Positions 36,495-45,664 of a stretch of DNA of 64,000 nucleotides are shown here, in pieces. Where the stretch lies: positions 1-64,000 of IMG/VR virus record IMGVR_UViG_3300046680_000412. One strand, written 5' to 3'. Numbering within the stretch: position 1 is the first letter of the stretch; the number at the start of each line of letters is the position of its first letter. The notes below the pieces were generated by a model. The model saw only the letters and a list, made by a program, of their open reading frames with translations. It was not told the origin of the DNA and did not search any database. The position numbers were made by a program, and so were the translations under genes. The DNA comes from a virus.

Positions 36495-36766
36495 CCATGG
36501 GCAAGAGCGATGCGCCAACAGACGAAGCCGAGATGGCAGAGGTCGCCCGGATCCAAGCCTGCATCGAGCGCGCGCCCGTGCCAGCGCCCAAGGGAAAGAA
36601 CAAGCTCTATGCGAACCAGGGCGGCTGTTGGTTTTGCTCGACCGACGAGTGCGATGCGTTCGACACGGAATGGGACACGTTCGTGCATATCGCATGTTTG
36701 CGCGAAGTGTTGGCCGCGGAGCCCGAGCATCCTGAAGCGGCTCTCATGAAATATTTGTTGGAGTGA
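36491..36766 (+). CDS. small putative zinc-binding protein
   Basis: CWFC...FDTEWDTFVHIAC motif; ATGA overlap. Confidence 0.65.
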   Translation: MTMGKSDAPTDEAEMAEVARIQACIERAPVPAPKGKNKLYANQGGCWFCSTDECDAFDTEWDTFVHIACLREVLAAEPEHPEAALMKYLLE

Positions 36767-36833
36767 GCGAGCCGACTTGATTGGAATCTGCAGCGGTCAC
36801 GCAGGCTGTATCCCGTGCTCGCCGTAGGGGATT

Positions 36834-37049
36834 ATGCACCGCTTGCGGAAGGCGGCCCGCTGCAGATTCGAGTCAAGTTGGGAGCCAGTGAAAAGTCACT
36901 ATCTACAGATGGCCGTGGTTGGAACTGCGGGCTTTCTTTGTCGGCTTGTTCTTGAGCAGGCTGGCGTGTCTAGCGGACTCGTGATGTGTGCGTGCCTCGT
37001 GTTTATGCTTTTGCTGACGATTTTGTTGTACTTCTGGATTGAGCGCTGA
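36834..37049 (+). CDS. small membrane protein (two TM segments); start may be GTG 36888
   Basis: Hydrophobic AVVGTAGFLCRLVL and GLVMCACLVFMLLLTILLYFWI; GGGAG precedes GTG 36888. Confidence 0.5.
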   Translation: MHRLRKAARCRFESSWEPVKSHYLQMAVVGTAGFLCRLVLEQAGVSSGLVMCACLVFMLLLTILLYFWIER

Positions 37050-37052
37050 ACG

Positions 37053-37223
37053 ATGATCACTCTGACTCCAAAGCGTCTTTGCGAAGACTGCGGCGACGAA
37101 GCGCCGCGCAACAAGAAGCGTCGCATGTGCGAGCGCTGCGGGCTGCGCGTTTGTCCCTGGTGTTATTCTCATGTGCACGCGCTGCATGTGGAGCTGGACA
37201 AGCAGAAGGCGACGAAGCATTGA
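37053..37223 (+). CDS. 56-aa Cys/His zinc-finger protein (not in the ORF track)
   Basis: MITLTPKRLCEDCGDEAPRNKKRRMCERCGLRVCPWCYSHVHALHVELDKQKATKH; its stop overlaps the TTG start of the helicase. Confidence 0.7.
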   Translation: MITLTPKRLCEDCGDEAPRNKKRRMCERCGLRVCPWCYSHVHALHVELDKQKATKH

Positions 37224-38662
37224 ACTTCGACGCAGCCTACGAAGACGCGGTTTTGGCCGAGTCGCTTCGCGACGAAGCGTTTCTGAAGCGCGCGGCGCGC
37301 GTGTGCCAAGAGCACCACTTCGCAAGCAAGGAGCGGTCTTGGTTGTGGGGCGTCATCCACGACAACTGGACCAAGTACCACGAACGCACCTCGGGCAAGA
37401 TCATCGCGTCACGTGCCCGGCGAGACTTCGACAAGGCAGAGAAGCGCAAGCCCTACCTGCTTCTCGCCCGGAAGGTGTTTCGCGCGCGCGTCAAAGATCC
37501 GCGCGCTGTGCTCGAAGAGCTTGAGCGCTTTGTCAGGCACGTCGGCATTCAGCTCGCGATCGAAGAGTCTGCGACGCTCTTGGAGAAGGGCAAGATCGAT
37601 GACGCCGAGAAGGCGATCGAGAAAGCTTCGCGCGGCGTTGTTCGGCAACGCAACTACACGCACATTCGCTGGATCGAAGGCTTCAAAGAGCGGCAGGCGC
37701 AGCGCAAATACGAGCGCGATCACCCTGACGAGTTCACTACGATTCCGCTCGGCTTCCCCCGGATCGATAAGACGCTTTCGGGCGGCGGTCGCAAGGGTGA
37801 GCTCGCGCTGATCATGGGCACGACCGGACGCGGCAAATCGATCTTTCTCACCAACAGCGCACAGGCGTGCGTGGCGCGTGGCTACAACGCGATCTACTTC
37901 GGATTCGAAATGCCAGCGCGTCAGATCGCCGCGCGGCAGGACTCGCGATGGACAGGCCTGCAGTATCAGAAGTTCAAGGGCTTCGACTTCAAGCCGAGCG
38001 AGTTGCGCACGATTCGCGCGCGCTTGCGCAAGGCGCGAAAGCGTTTTCGTAACCGCCTGCACATCGTGTCGATGCCGGTGCGTTCCGCCACGATCACGGA
38101 TGTGCGCAACGCCATCGAAGACATCCGACAGGATCACGGTTTTCAGGCCGACGCGATTTTTTTGGACAGCGCCGATCATTTGCGCGCGCTCGAAACCTAC
38201 GGCGGCAACTTTCGTCTGCAGCAAGCCGAGGTCTACTGGGCCGCGAAGGAGCTCGCCGAAGAAGACGGCTACTTCGTCATGTCGTCGACTCACGCGGGCA
38301 GGGAGTGGGCGACGAAAGTCGCCACAGCCGAAGCGAGCAGCGAAGCCTACGACAAGAGCCGGATCGCGGACATGGTGATGTCACTCAACGACCCGGCCGA
38401 AATGAAGCGGAAGGGCCGCAAGACGGTACTTGCAGATGATGACGACGACGAAGACTTCGACGACGGCGGCGAAGAGCTCGGCGAGCCCGTGGTGAAAGAG
38501 GGCGCCAAGCTGATGGAACTGTATTTGGGCAAGTATCGAGACGGCGATTCGCGGTTCATGGTCAACGTGGAGTGCGACTTTGCTTGCATGACGATGAAGG
38601 AAACTCGGGAGGCCGATCATGGCGGCGACGACGATGAAGACGACGAAGACGAGCTCGACTGA
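37220..38662 (+). CDS. dnaB: replicative DNA helicase, DnaB family
   Basis: IPLGF..ID..L.GG.RKGEL..IMGTTGRGKS, FEM...QI..R, IFLDSADHL, IADMVMSL, GKYRDG; likely TTG start at 37220. Confidence 0.9.
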   Translation: MNFDAAYEDAVLAESLRDEAFLKRAARVCQEHHFASKERSWLWGVIHDNWTKYHERTSGKIIASRARRDFDKAEKRKPYLLLARKVFRARVKDPRAVLEELERFVRHVGIQLAIEESATLLEKGKIDDAEKAIEKASRGVVRQRNYTHIRWIEGFKERQAQRKYERDHPDEFTTIPLGFPRIDKTLSGGGRKGELALIMGTTGRGKSIFLTNSAQACVARGYNAIYFGFEMPARQIAARQDSRWTGLQYQKFKGFDFKPSELRTIRARLRKARKRFRNRLHIVSMPVRSATITDVRNAIEDIRQDHGFQADAIFLDSADHLRALETYGGNFRLQQAEVYWAAKELAEEDGYFVMSSTHAGREWATKVATAEASSEAYDKSRIADMVMSLNDPAEMKRKGRKTVLADDDDDEDFDDGGEELGEPVVKEGAKLMELYLGKYRDGDSRFMVNVECDFACMTMKETREADHGGDDDEDDEDELD

Positions 38663-39494
38663 GACAGAGATCGTGGGCAACAGTCTGCTTCGCTGGCGCT
38701 GGGAGTGCGCGGCGAACTGGCTCGAAGTGCGCGACGCGGACTCATTGGTATTCGTGTGCGACGCGTTCGAGGCCATGCGGCTGATCCCCGACGGCGTGGT
38801 CGATTTGATCATCACCGATCCTCCGTACGCGTCGCTCGAAAAGTATCGCGATAGCAAGGCGCGCATTCGCAAGTACGAGCGAGAGAAGGCGGCGGGCCTA
38901 CTGACGGGCACGCGCATCCCGCGCTTGCGCGAGTGGTTCCCGATCATGCAGAACGACCGCTTCCCGGAGCTGTTGTCCGAGCTGTATCGTGTGCTCGCGC
39001 CGGACTCGCATTGCTACATCTTTTGCGACGACGAAACGAGCGACGTGATTCGTGCCGCTGTGATGGCCATGGCCGATGCGCGCGGAGGCAAAGATTGTTT
39101 CGTGTGGTGGAAGCGAATCGTGTGGGACAAGCTTCATCGCGGGCAAGGCTACCACTACCCGAATCAACACGAGTTCATCGTGTTTCTTGAGAAGGGCAAG
39201 CGCAATCTCAACACGCATAGCCATGCGTCGGTGCTGCCGTGCAAGCGCGTGAGTAAGACGACGCTGGGCGGGCGCGCGCCGGGGCCGACAGAGAAACCCG
39301 TGAGCGTGTGCGCGAAGCTGATCGAAAATAGTTCGAAGCCCAAAGACCTGGTGTTCGATCCGTTTTGCGGCCGCGGCGCAACGGGTGTCGCCGCGCTCTA
39401 TGCAGGCAGGCAGTTCTTGGGGCTCGACGTGCAGCGTAAAGCAGTGCGGATTTCGCGTGCGCGGCTACGTGAGGTCGAAATGGTCGTGGCGTAG
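38619..39494 (+). CDS. DNA adenine/N4-cytosine methyltransferase (beta class)
   Basis: VDLIITDPPY catalytic motif precedes PTEKP and LVFDPFCGRGATG (SAM-binding). Confidence 0.9.
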   Translation: MAATTMKTTKTSSTETEIVGNSLLRWRWECAANWLEVRDADSLVFVCDAFEAMRLIPDGVVDLIITDPPYASLEKYRDSKARIRKYEREKAAGLLTGTRIPRLREWFPIMQNDRFPELLSELYRVLAPDSHCYIFCDDETSDVIRAAVMAMADARGGKDCFVWWKRIVWDKLHRGQGYHYPNQHEFIVFLEKGKRNLNTHSHASVLPCKRVSKTTLGGRAPGPTEKPVSVCAKLIENSSKPKDLVFDPFCGRGATGVAALYAGRQFLGLDVQRKAVRISRARLREVEMVVA

Positions 39495-39497
39495 CCC

Positions 39498-39722
39498 GTG
39501 AACAAGAAATTCATTCGGCCTGCTGTGAGGATCGCGGCCGCGATTGCGGCCATGGACGCGAGACGCAAAGAGCGTGGCGAGGACCCTGTCTGGCCGGAGG
39601 CCGAGATGCGCAAGCTCAAAGCGCTTGGCTCGCGACTTGTCGTGTTGGAGGGCGACACGACTGACGCGCCTGCAGGCGAGATATGGTTGCGCGTGACGAT
39701 GTTGGACGGGACAGAGATCTAA
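39498..39722 (+). CDS. hypothetical protein
   Basis: 74-aa ORF filling the gap after the methyltransferase. Confidence 0.55.
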   Translation: MNKKFIRPAVRIAAAIAAMDARRKERGEDPVWPEAEMRKLKALGSRLVVLEGDTTDAPAGEIWLRVTMLDGTEI

Positions 39723-39735
39723 AGGAGCCCCGCGA

Positions 39736-39888
39736 ATGAGCACAGACGAACTGCCCGAAAAGTTTCCGCGAGAGCGGCGGCGGCGTGAGCGCACGAAGCT
39801 CGACGGCGTTGCCGCTCGAAAGCGCAAGCTGAAGTCGCGCGAGTCCGCCAAGGTTGCGCGCGCGACGCGCAAGAAACAGCGACGCTAG
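39736..39888 (+). CDS. 50-aa highly basic protein (not in the ORF track)
   Basis: AAAGGAG RBS; MSTDELPEKFPRERRRRERTKLDGVAARKRKLKSRESAKVARATRKKQRR; TAG overlaps the primase GTG. Confidence 0.6.
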   Translation: MSTDELPEKFPRERRRRERTKLDGVAARKRKLKSRESAKVARATRKKQRR

Positions 39889-40937
39889 TGCGCTTCGACA
39901 TCGAAGATTACGTGAACGCGAACCTGACGAATGCCAAGTCTGTGCAAGCAGGCAACGGTCAAGAGATGACAGCCGTCTGCCCGGCGTGCGATCGCTACGG
40001 CGGGTTTTACGTCAACATCGAGACGGGCGCGTACGTGTGTTGGAAGTGCGACTTTCGCGCGCATACGGTGGTGGGGCTCGTCGCTGAGGTCGAAGACATT
40101 TCGTGGAGTGAGGCGCGCGGCTTCATCTTCACGCGCAGCGTCAAGCTGCGCCGCAAGCAAGATGTGTTTTCGCTGGCCGATCGCGTGAGGGCGATCCGGC
40201 CGCACGCGATCGTGGAAGACGAAGAGCCGGCGCCGAACGTCAACGTCGAGCTGCCCGAATACTACGTGCAGATCTATGATCCGGACCGCGCGACGCCGTG
40301 GCAGTTTCCGCGCTATCTCAAGGAGCGCGGGATCACGGCGGCCGCGGCCAAGTCGTGGGGCCTCGGGTATTGCCGAAAGGGCAAGTATGGCGACCGGTTG
40401 ATCATTCCGATCAGTTGCCCGGCTGGCGAGTCATGGACCGCGCGTGCGATGTCAGATGATGTGTTCGGTCCGAAGTATTTGAACCCGCCCGGCGCCGACC
40501 ATCGGCGTCTGCTCATCGGCTGGCACGTCTCACGGGTGACAGGCGACATCGTGCTTTGTGAGGGGCCGCTCGATGCCGTGCGCCTCTATCAGCACGACTT
40601 GCCGGCGCTGGCGCTGGGCGGGAAGGAACTCCACGACGAGCAGCTGGCGATGCTGCGGTCGCTGCCTCCCAAGGCCGCGGTGACGATCATGCTCGACCCT
40701 GAAGAAGAGGTCGCGCCGTTCAAGCTGGCCGAGCGGCTGAGCCTGCATTTCGAGCAAATCTACATCGCCAAGCTGCCGCTGCGAACCAAGGCAGGCAAGA
40801 AGCTGGACCCGGGCGAGTCGACCCGCAAGCAGGCGCACAGAGCCGTGGACGAGGCCGTCTTGTGGCGCTCGTCCCGGGGCCCGAAGCTTTCGGCCATGCT
40901 TCGACAATCACGGAAAGCCTGGGAAAAAAGATGGTGA
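39888..40937 (+). CDS. dnaG: DNA primase (zinc ribbon + TOPRIM)
   Basis: CPAC...CWKC zinc finger, YLKERGI, DRLIIPI, PKYLNPP, LCEGPLDA, IMLDPE, DPGE. Confidence 0.88.
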   Translation: MRFDIEDYVNANLTNAKSVQAGNGQEMTAVCPACDRYGGFYVNIETGAYVCWKCDFRAHTVVGLVAEVEDISWSEARGFIFTRSVKLRRKQDVFSLADRVRAIRPHAIVEDEEPAPNVNVELPEYYVQIYDPDRATPWQFPRYLKERGITAAAAKSWGLGYCRKGKYGDRLIIPISCPAGESWTARAMSDDVFGPKYLNPPGADHRRLLIGWHVSRVTGDIVLCEGPLDAVRLYQHDLPALALGGKELHDEQLAMLRSLPPKAAVTIMLDPEEEVAPFKLAERLSLHFEQIYIAKLPLRTKAGKKLDPGESTRKQAHRAVDEAVLWRSSRGPKLSAMLRQSRKAWEKRW

Positions 40938-41081
40938 GTTGAAGCGTATCGGTACTTACTCATAGAAAACGCCACGCACTCACCTGCTTCGAGTCGTCAA
41001 CAAAGCGGCTATGTGATCCGGTGTGTTTTCAGTGCGCGTTGAAGCGACCTGGTAGTTTCCTATGTCGTTGGCGAGCGACTC

Positions 41082-42236
41082 ATGCGCTTGACCGCGCGTG
41101 TGTTCGCGCGTTATCACCGGCGCCCCATGGGTTCAGCGAGTGAGCGTCACGATGCCCGCGGTCGCGAAAAAGTGCAGTGTCGCGATTGCTCGAAATGGTT
41201 CCACCGTGTGGATCATCACGTGTCGTCTCTGCATGATGACGTCGACGCCTATCAGGCGCGTCATCCAGGCGCGCCGCTGATGTCAGAGACTGCACGTCGT
41301 AAGGTATCGTCGAGCCTCGACGATTGCTCATTCAAGTTCGGAGTTGCGCGCATGCGCCTACGAGAGAACGACGAGCATTCGCAGGGCTTTGTGCCCGTGC
41401 ACGACGAAGATTGGACGCTCGGCACGGTAGAGCGCGAGGCGCTCGACGCTCTGGCTCTCGCCATGGAGGACAACGAGAACGTCCTAATCGTGGGACCTCC
41501 CGGTGTCGGCAAGTCCACGCTGGTCAAGGAGTTGGGCGCGATCACCAACACGCCGCTGCGGCGCATGCCGTTTCGGGGCGACATGCGCGTGAGCGACCTC
41601 GTCGGCGCAAAGACGCTTTCGGTCGATGAAGCGTCAGGGCAGTCGGTCACGATCTACGAGCACGGCGTTTTGCCGGACGCGGCGCGGCATGGGCACTGGT
41701 TCTTGATCGACGAAATCGACGCGGGCCCGGCCGAAGTCATGTTTGTGCTCTTCCCCGTGTTGGAGTCGCCGCGTTCGCTGATGCTTGCGAACAAGGGCGG
41801 AGAGCAGATCGATTTCGATCCGCGCTTTCGCGTGATTGCTACAGCCAACACGCTCGGTTGGGGTGACGAGTCGGGTCTGTACGCAGGCACGACGCCGATG
41901 AACGAAGCCTTGCTCGATCGCTTTCACACGGTGATTACGCTCGACTATCCTGACGTCACGAGCGAGATCAAGCGCCTTGTGCAGGCGTCCGGGATCTCGC
42001 CTGACATCGCGCAGAAGATGGTGGCGACGGCGACGAAGATTCGCGACGCGCAGAAAGCTGATTCTGTGGCGTCGAGTTTTTCGCCGCGTCGCCTGATGAT
42101 GTGGGCACGCAAAGCCGCGCGCATGGGCGACCCGGTTCGGGCCGCGGCGTACACCGTGACCAATCGTTTGCCGCGCGAAGAAAGCATCTTTGTCGCAGGC
42201 ATCATTCAGCGTCACTTCGGCGGAGGTACGCCGTGA
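41082..42236 (+). CDS. MoxR/CobS-like AAA+ ATPase with N-terminal C2H2 zinc finger
   Basis: CRDC...HVSSLH...YQARHPGAPL; GPPGVGKS, LIDEID, FRVIATAN, NEALLDRF, SPRRL. Confidence 0.9.
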   Translation: MRLTARVFARYHRRPMGSASERHDARGREKVQCRDCSKWFHRVDHHVSSLHDDVDAYQARHPGAPLMSETARRKVSSSLDDCSFKFGVARMRLRENDEHSQGFVPVHDEDWTLGTVEREALDALALAMEDNENVLIVGPPGVGKSTLVKELGAITNTPLRRMPFRGDMRVSDLVGAKTLSVDEASGQSVTIYEHGVLPDAARHGHWFLIDEIDAGPAEVMFVLFPVLESPRSLMLANKGGEQIDFDPRFRVIATANTLGWGDESGLYAGTTPMNEALLDRFHTVITLDYPDVTSEIKRLVQASGISPDIAQKMVATATKIRDAQKADSVASSFSPRRLMMWARKAARMGDPVRAAAYTVTNRLPREESIFVAGIIQRHFGGGTP

Positions 42237-43963
42237 AGGGAAAGGCTGTTTGCTCCGAGCTGCTCGGCTTGGCCGGACCGTTCACGCGGATTGCGCGCGC
42301 GATGTCTTCCGAGTGGAAAATTAGGATCGTGCCGTCGGGCGCGCGTTGTGACACTGACGGCGAAGTGATCCGCATCCCGTTTACGTCGGACTATCTGCCG
42401 CGTGAGCAGCGGCATTGGCTGCACGGCATGCTCGACCATGAAGTGTGCCACGTGGCAGAAGAGCGCCGGCATCGCGAAGCCAAGCGCATAACGCCGATCG
42501 AGGTGTTGAAGGGCCAGACCGATAGCCGCATGAAGCTTCTTTTGAACGTGGTCGAAGATGTGCGGATCGAGAGCCGCTACAGCGCGCTCTATGTGGGCGT
42601 GGCGCAGAACTTGGAAGCGATCAATGTGAAGGCCGCGCAGGACTGGGCGGCGCGCTCGACGGCGTGCGAAAACTGGTGGAGCTGTTTCGCTGCCGCGATG
42701 ATTTTGCGTGCGCACGGGCTCGATGCGTCGTGGGCCGACGAGGAATACGGCGACTACCTGAGCGCGTGCCAGGCCGAGCTACGCGACATGCGAACGGGCG
42801 TTGGCGAATGGGTTGACGCTTCGCTGGCGCTCGCCGCGCGCATCTTCGCCAAGGTCAAGCATGTGCACGAAGACAAGACAGACAAGGGCGAAAGCAAGGG
42901 AGGCGAAGACGACGAGGACGATGGCGAGAGCGAGAGCGAGAGCGAGAAGTCAACAGCGGAAGACCAGCCGGAAGTCGTCGACCTCACCGAGATCGTTCGC
43001 AGCGCGATGGAAGAGTACGTGATCCACGACGCCGTCGAACATCAGCGCTACATCCCGCATCCAAAGGCGCAAGCGCTCGACATCGTGAGCGAGTCCGAAT
43101 CGAACATGTACGTGTATTCCGCGGCGCGCGCCGAAGTGCTGCCGCAAATCCGTGTCTTGCGCCAGAAGCAGCGCGCGCTGGTATCGGCCTGGACGCGCCG
43201 GCGCGTGCGCTCGGGTCGCGATCGCGGCGATGTGGACGATCACACGCTGGCGGACGTGCGCACGGGCTCGCAGGATCTATTCACCGAGCTGACGCAAAAG
43301 CGTCTTTTGAACACCGCGATTACGGGCCTGGTCGACTGCTCCGGCTCCATGCGCACCAACCGCGACGCGAGTCACGGCGCGTACTATGCCGTGCGCACTG
43401 CGGTGGCGTTGGTCGAGACCTGGTCGGCGCTCGGCATTCCAAACGAGTGGCTCGGCTACACTGCGCTGGACTCGACTGCCACGGGGATTGTGCCCGCGGA
43501 TTTGAGCGGGCCGTATTTTTGTCGGCCGCCGCTTCGGCACATCGTGTTCAAGGCGTTCGAAGAGAACTTGCGCGCTACACGCGCGCGCTTCGGCGGCATC
43601 TCCGGGTATGGCAGCAACGTCGACGGCGAGGCCGTGCTGTGGGCGTGGCAGCGGCTGATGGTGCGACGTGAGCCGCGTAAGATCCTGGTTGTGATTTGTG
43701 ATGGCCAGCCGGCGACGTGGAACGGCTGCGAAGACGAAAAGGAAGTGGCCGACTACGGCGCGTTGCAGGCGCATTTGCGCGACGCGATCTTGCGCGTGAC
43801 GCGCTCGGGCGTGGAAGTGATTGGGTTCGGTGCCGGCACCGAGGCGCCGCGCATGTTCTACAACGCGCGCACGGGCGCAAAGTTTGTTTACGTGAGCAGC
43901 ATTGCGACGCTGGCGCTCGATGTTTTCCGGGCGATGAAGCAGCGCGTGACAGACCTTGCATGA
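42233..43963 (+). CDS. CobT-like VWA protein with N-terminal HExxH domain
   Basis: GTG 42233 overlaps the ATPase stop; TDG..I.IP, GMLDHEVCH, LNVVEDVRIE, acidic linker, MIDAS DCSGSM, DGEAV, KILVVICDGQP. Confidence 0.88.
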   Translation: MKGKAVCSELLGLAGPFTRIARAMSSEWKIRIVPSGARCDTDGEVIRIPFTSDYLPREQRHWLHGMLDHEVCHVAEERRHREAKRITPIEVLKGQTDSRMKLLLNVVEDVRIESRYSALYVGVAQNLEAINVKAAQDWAARSTACENWWSCFAAAMILRAHGLDASWADEEYGDYLSACQAELRDMRTGVGEWVDASLALAARIFAKVKHVHEDKTDKGESKGGEDDEDDGESESESEKSTAEDQPEVVDLTEIVRSAMEEYVIHDAVEHQRYIPHPKAQALDIVSESESNMYVYSAARAEVLPQIRVLRQKQRALVSAWTRRRVRSGRDRGDVDDHTLADVRTGSQDLFTELTQKRLLNTAITGLVDCSGSMRTNRDASHGAYYAVRTAVALVETWSALGIPNEWLGYTALDSTATGIVPADLSGPYFCRPPLRHIVFKAFEENLRATRARFGGISGYGSNVDGEAVLWAWQRLMVRREPRKILVVICDGQPATWNGCEDEKEVADYGALQAHLRDAILRVTRSGVEVIGFGAGTEAPRMFYNARTGAKFVYVSSIATLALDVFRAMKQRVTDLA

Positions 43964-44735
43964 AGGGATCTATATGGCCGGTGACGACGAGCGGATCTAT
44001 CAAGGGGTCGAGAAGTTGGTACGGCCGATCTTGGAGTCGAACGCTCGGCGCTTTGAGCGACAGCTCAATTTGACCCGCGAAGAAGCGCTTCAGGAGGCGC
44101 GCCTTGGATTGATTTGCGCGCTCGCCAAGTATGACTACAACGCTTCGCGCGGCGGCATTTACAATTTCGCCAAGATTGCGGTGCGGCGTCACTTTCTGAA
44201 GGAGTGGGCGAAGTACCGGACGCAGTGTCGACTGCCGCATCTCATCGTGGAGAAAGACGGCAAGCGCGAGCCTCTGTGGCTGCCGTTCGAAGAGCCGAAG
44301 CTCATGCGCGAAAACTGGCGCGGAGGCAGCAACAACAAGATAGCCAGGAACACGCACGCAGGCCCGCCCGACTTCTTGGACCTGATCGAATCCCCGGTGT
44401 CGGCGCCTGACGCTTCGCTTGCTGAAGCCGATGAAGAGCGCACTGCGTCGGCGTTTCAGGTGCAGCTAGCCGGCGTGTTGAGTGAGCGCGATCGACACGT
44501 GTTGGAGTGCAAGTCGAACCCTCCCCGGGGCTTGCGCATGCTGATGCTGGATGAGCTCGCGACCGAGCCGACGATCCCATTGATTTGTCGATTTTTGGGG
44601 CTGTCGAAGAACGAAGTTGATTGGGCGTTGCGCCGCATTCGGGAAGCGGCGCTTGAACTGATCTCGCGCGATTTCAGCGACCTGACCGATTCCACGATAG
44701 TTCGTACCTACGTGGATAGGCATACCTGTGACTGA
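43956..44735 (+). CDS. phage-encoded sigma70-family sigma factor
   Basis: Region 2 EEALQEARLGL..AL.KYD....G.IYNFA...VR; region 4 LSERDR.VL...IC.FLGLSKNEV...LRRIR. Start may be 43974. Confidence 0.8.
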   Translation: MHEGIYMAGDDERIYQGVEKLVRPILESNARRFERQLNLTREEALQEARLGLICALAKYDYNASRGGIYNFAKIAVRRHFLKEWAKYRTQCRLPHLIVEKDGKREPLWLPFEEPKLMRENWRGGSNNKIARNTHAGPPDFLDLIESPVSAPDASLAEADEERTASAFQVQLAGVLSERDRHVLECKSNPPRGLRMLMLDELATEPTIPLICRFLGLSKNEVDWALRRIREAALELISRDFSDLTDSTIVRTYVDRHTCD

Positions 44736-45660
44736 AACGACAGAGACGACGCTCGACTATGGCCGGAAGCTGCCTGTGTGTTTGCGCAAGTACGACCGGG
44801 GCAATCCGGAGTGCGACGGGCGGCCGCGCGCGCGCACGCCCGAGGAACGCATGCCGTGCGTGTATCGGGACCGGTGTGTGGCTCTGCAGCGTCTTGTGCG
44901 CGTGCAGGGCCACAAGGCGCGTGACTTGCTCAAGCTTCGCAAAGTGCGCGACCCCGATGGCAAGCGCCGGGTGTATGCGTTCGCAGTAGGGGACAGCGAG
45001 GCCTTTCAGCAGTGGCTGACGCGCGCGATTGATCGCTACGGCATTCGCAATGGCCGACTCACGATCCGTCATCCGGACGAAGAGAAGCCGCGCAAGCCGC
45101 GCAAGGTCCGTAGTCGCAGCGACGAGAGCAAGCGAAAGAGCGTTCATGCGCTCGTCAAGGCGCGGCAGTTTGCGACGCGCGCGCTACGCGAAAAGTCACG
45201 CAAGGATCTGGCTGCGACACGAAAGCTGGTTTTGTGGTTCGTGTCGCGGCTGCAGCGTGCGCTTCAGCGGACATTGGCCGCAGATCAGGCGAGCGCGGAA
45301 GTCGGGCAACTGTTTTTGATCGATCGCTTCAAGTCGTCTCGCTACGTGACCTTGTACGCGAAGAGCATCAAGCGCGATTTGAATGGCAGGCGCAAACGGA
45401 TCTCGCGGCGGCCGATCGCGCGCGCCGTGTTGGCCGTGCGCACGCACAGTCTGCAGTTTCATTTTCCGTTCGATCGCGCGACGCTCGAATCACTTCTGTC
45501 GGCTCAGGCGCTGAAGAAGGTTTCGCCCGTGGATTTTGTGGAAGGGCGATTTCTTTCGTCTACCTGCCTGGTGAGCAAGGAAGGCGCATCGCTCGCCGCG
45601 GAAGTGATCGCGCGGGCATTTCACAAGGGCATCATTCGGCTGCCGGCCGCGGAGTCATGA
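44728..45660 (+). CDS. hypothetical basic protein with N-terminal Cys cluster
   Basis: C...YD...PEC...CVYRDRC; Arg/Lys-rich. Confidence 0.65.
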   Translation: MTETTETTLDYGRKLPVCLRKYDRGNPECDGRPRARTPEERMPCVYRDRCVALQRLVRVQGHKARDLLKLRKVRDPDGKRRVYAFAVGDSEAFQQWLTRAIDRYGIRNGRLTIRHPDEEKPRKPRKVRSRSDESKRKSVHALVKARQFATRALREKSRKDLAATRKLVLWFVSRLQRALQRTLAADQASAEVGQLFLIDRFKSSRYVTLYAKSIKRDLNGRRKRISRRPIARAVLAVRTHSLQFHFPFDRATLESLLSAQALKKVSPVDFVEGRFLSSTCLVSKEGASLAAEVIARAFHKGIIRLPAAES

Positions 45661-45664
45661 ACCC

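Noticed and set aside
38619-39494. Restriction-modification system
   Set aside because: No adjacent endonuclease was recognised. This is an orphan phage methyltransferase, a common anti-restriction feature.
41082-43963. cobS/cobT as cobalamin-synthesis auxiliary genes
   Set aside because: No cobN or other cob genes are present. The zinc finger and context fit a generic phage MoxR/VWA pair.
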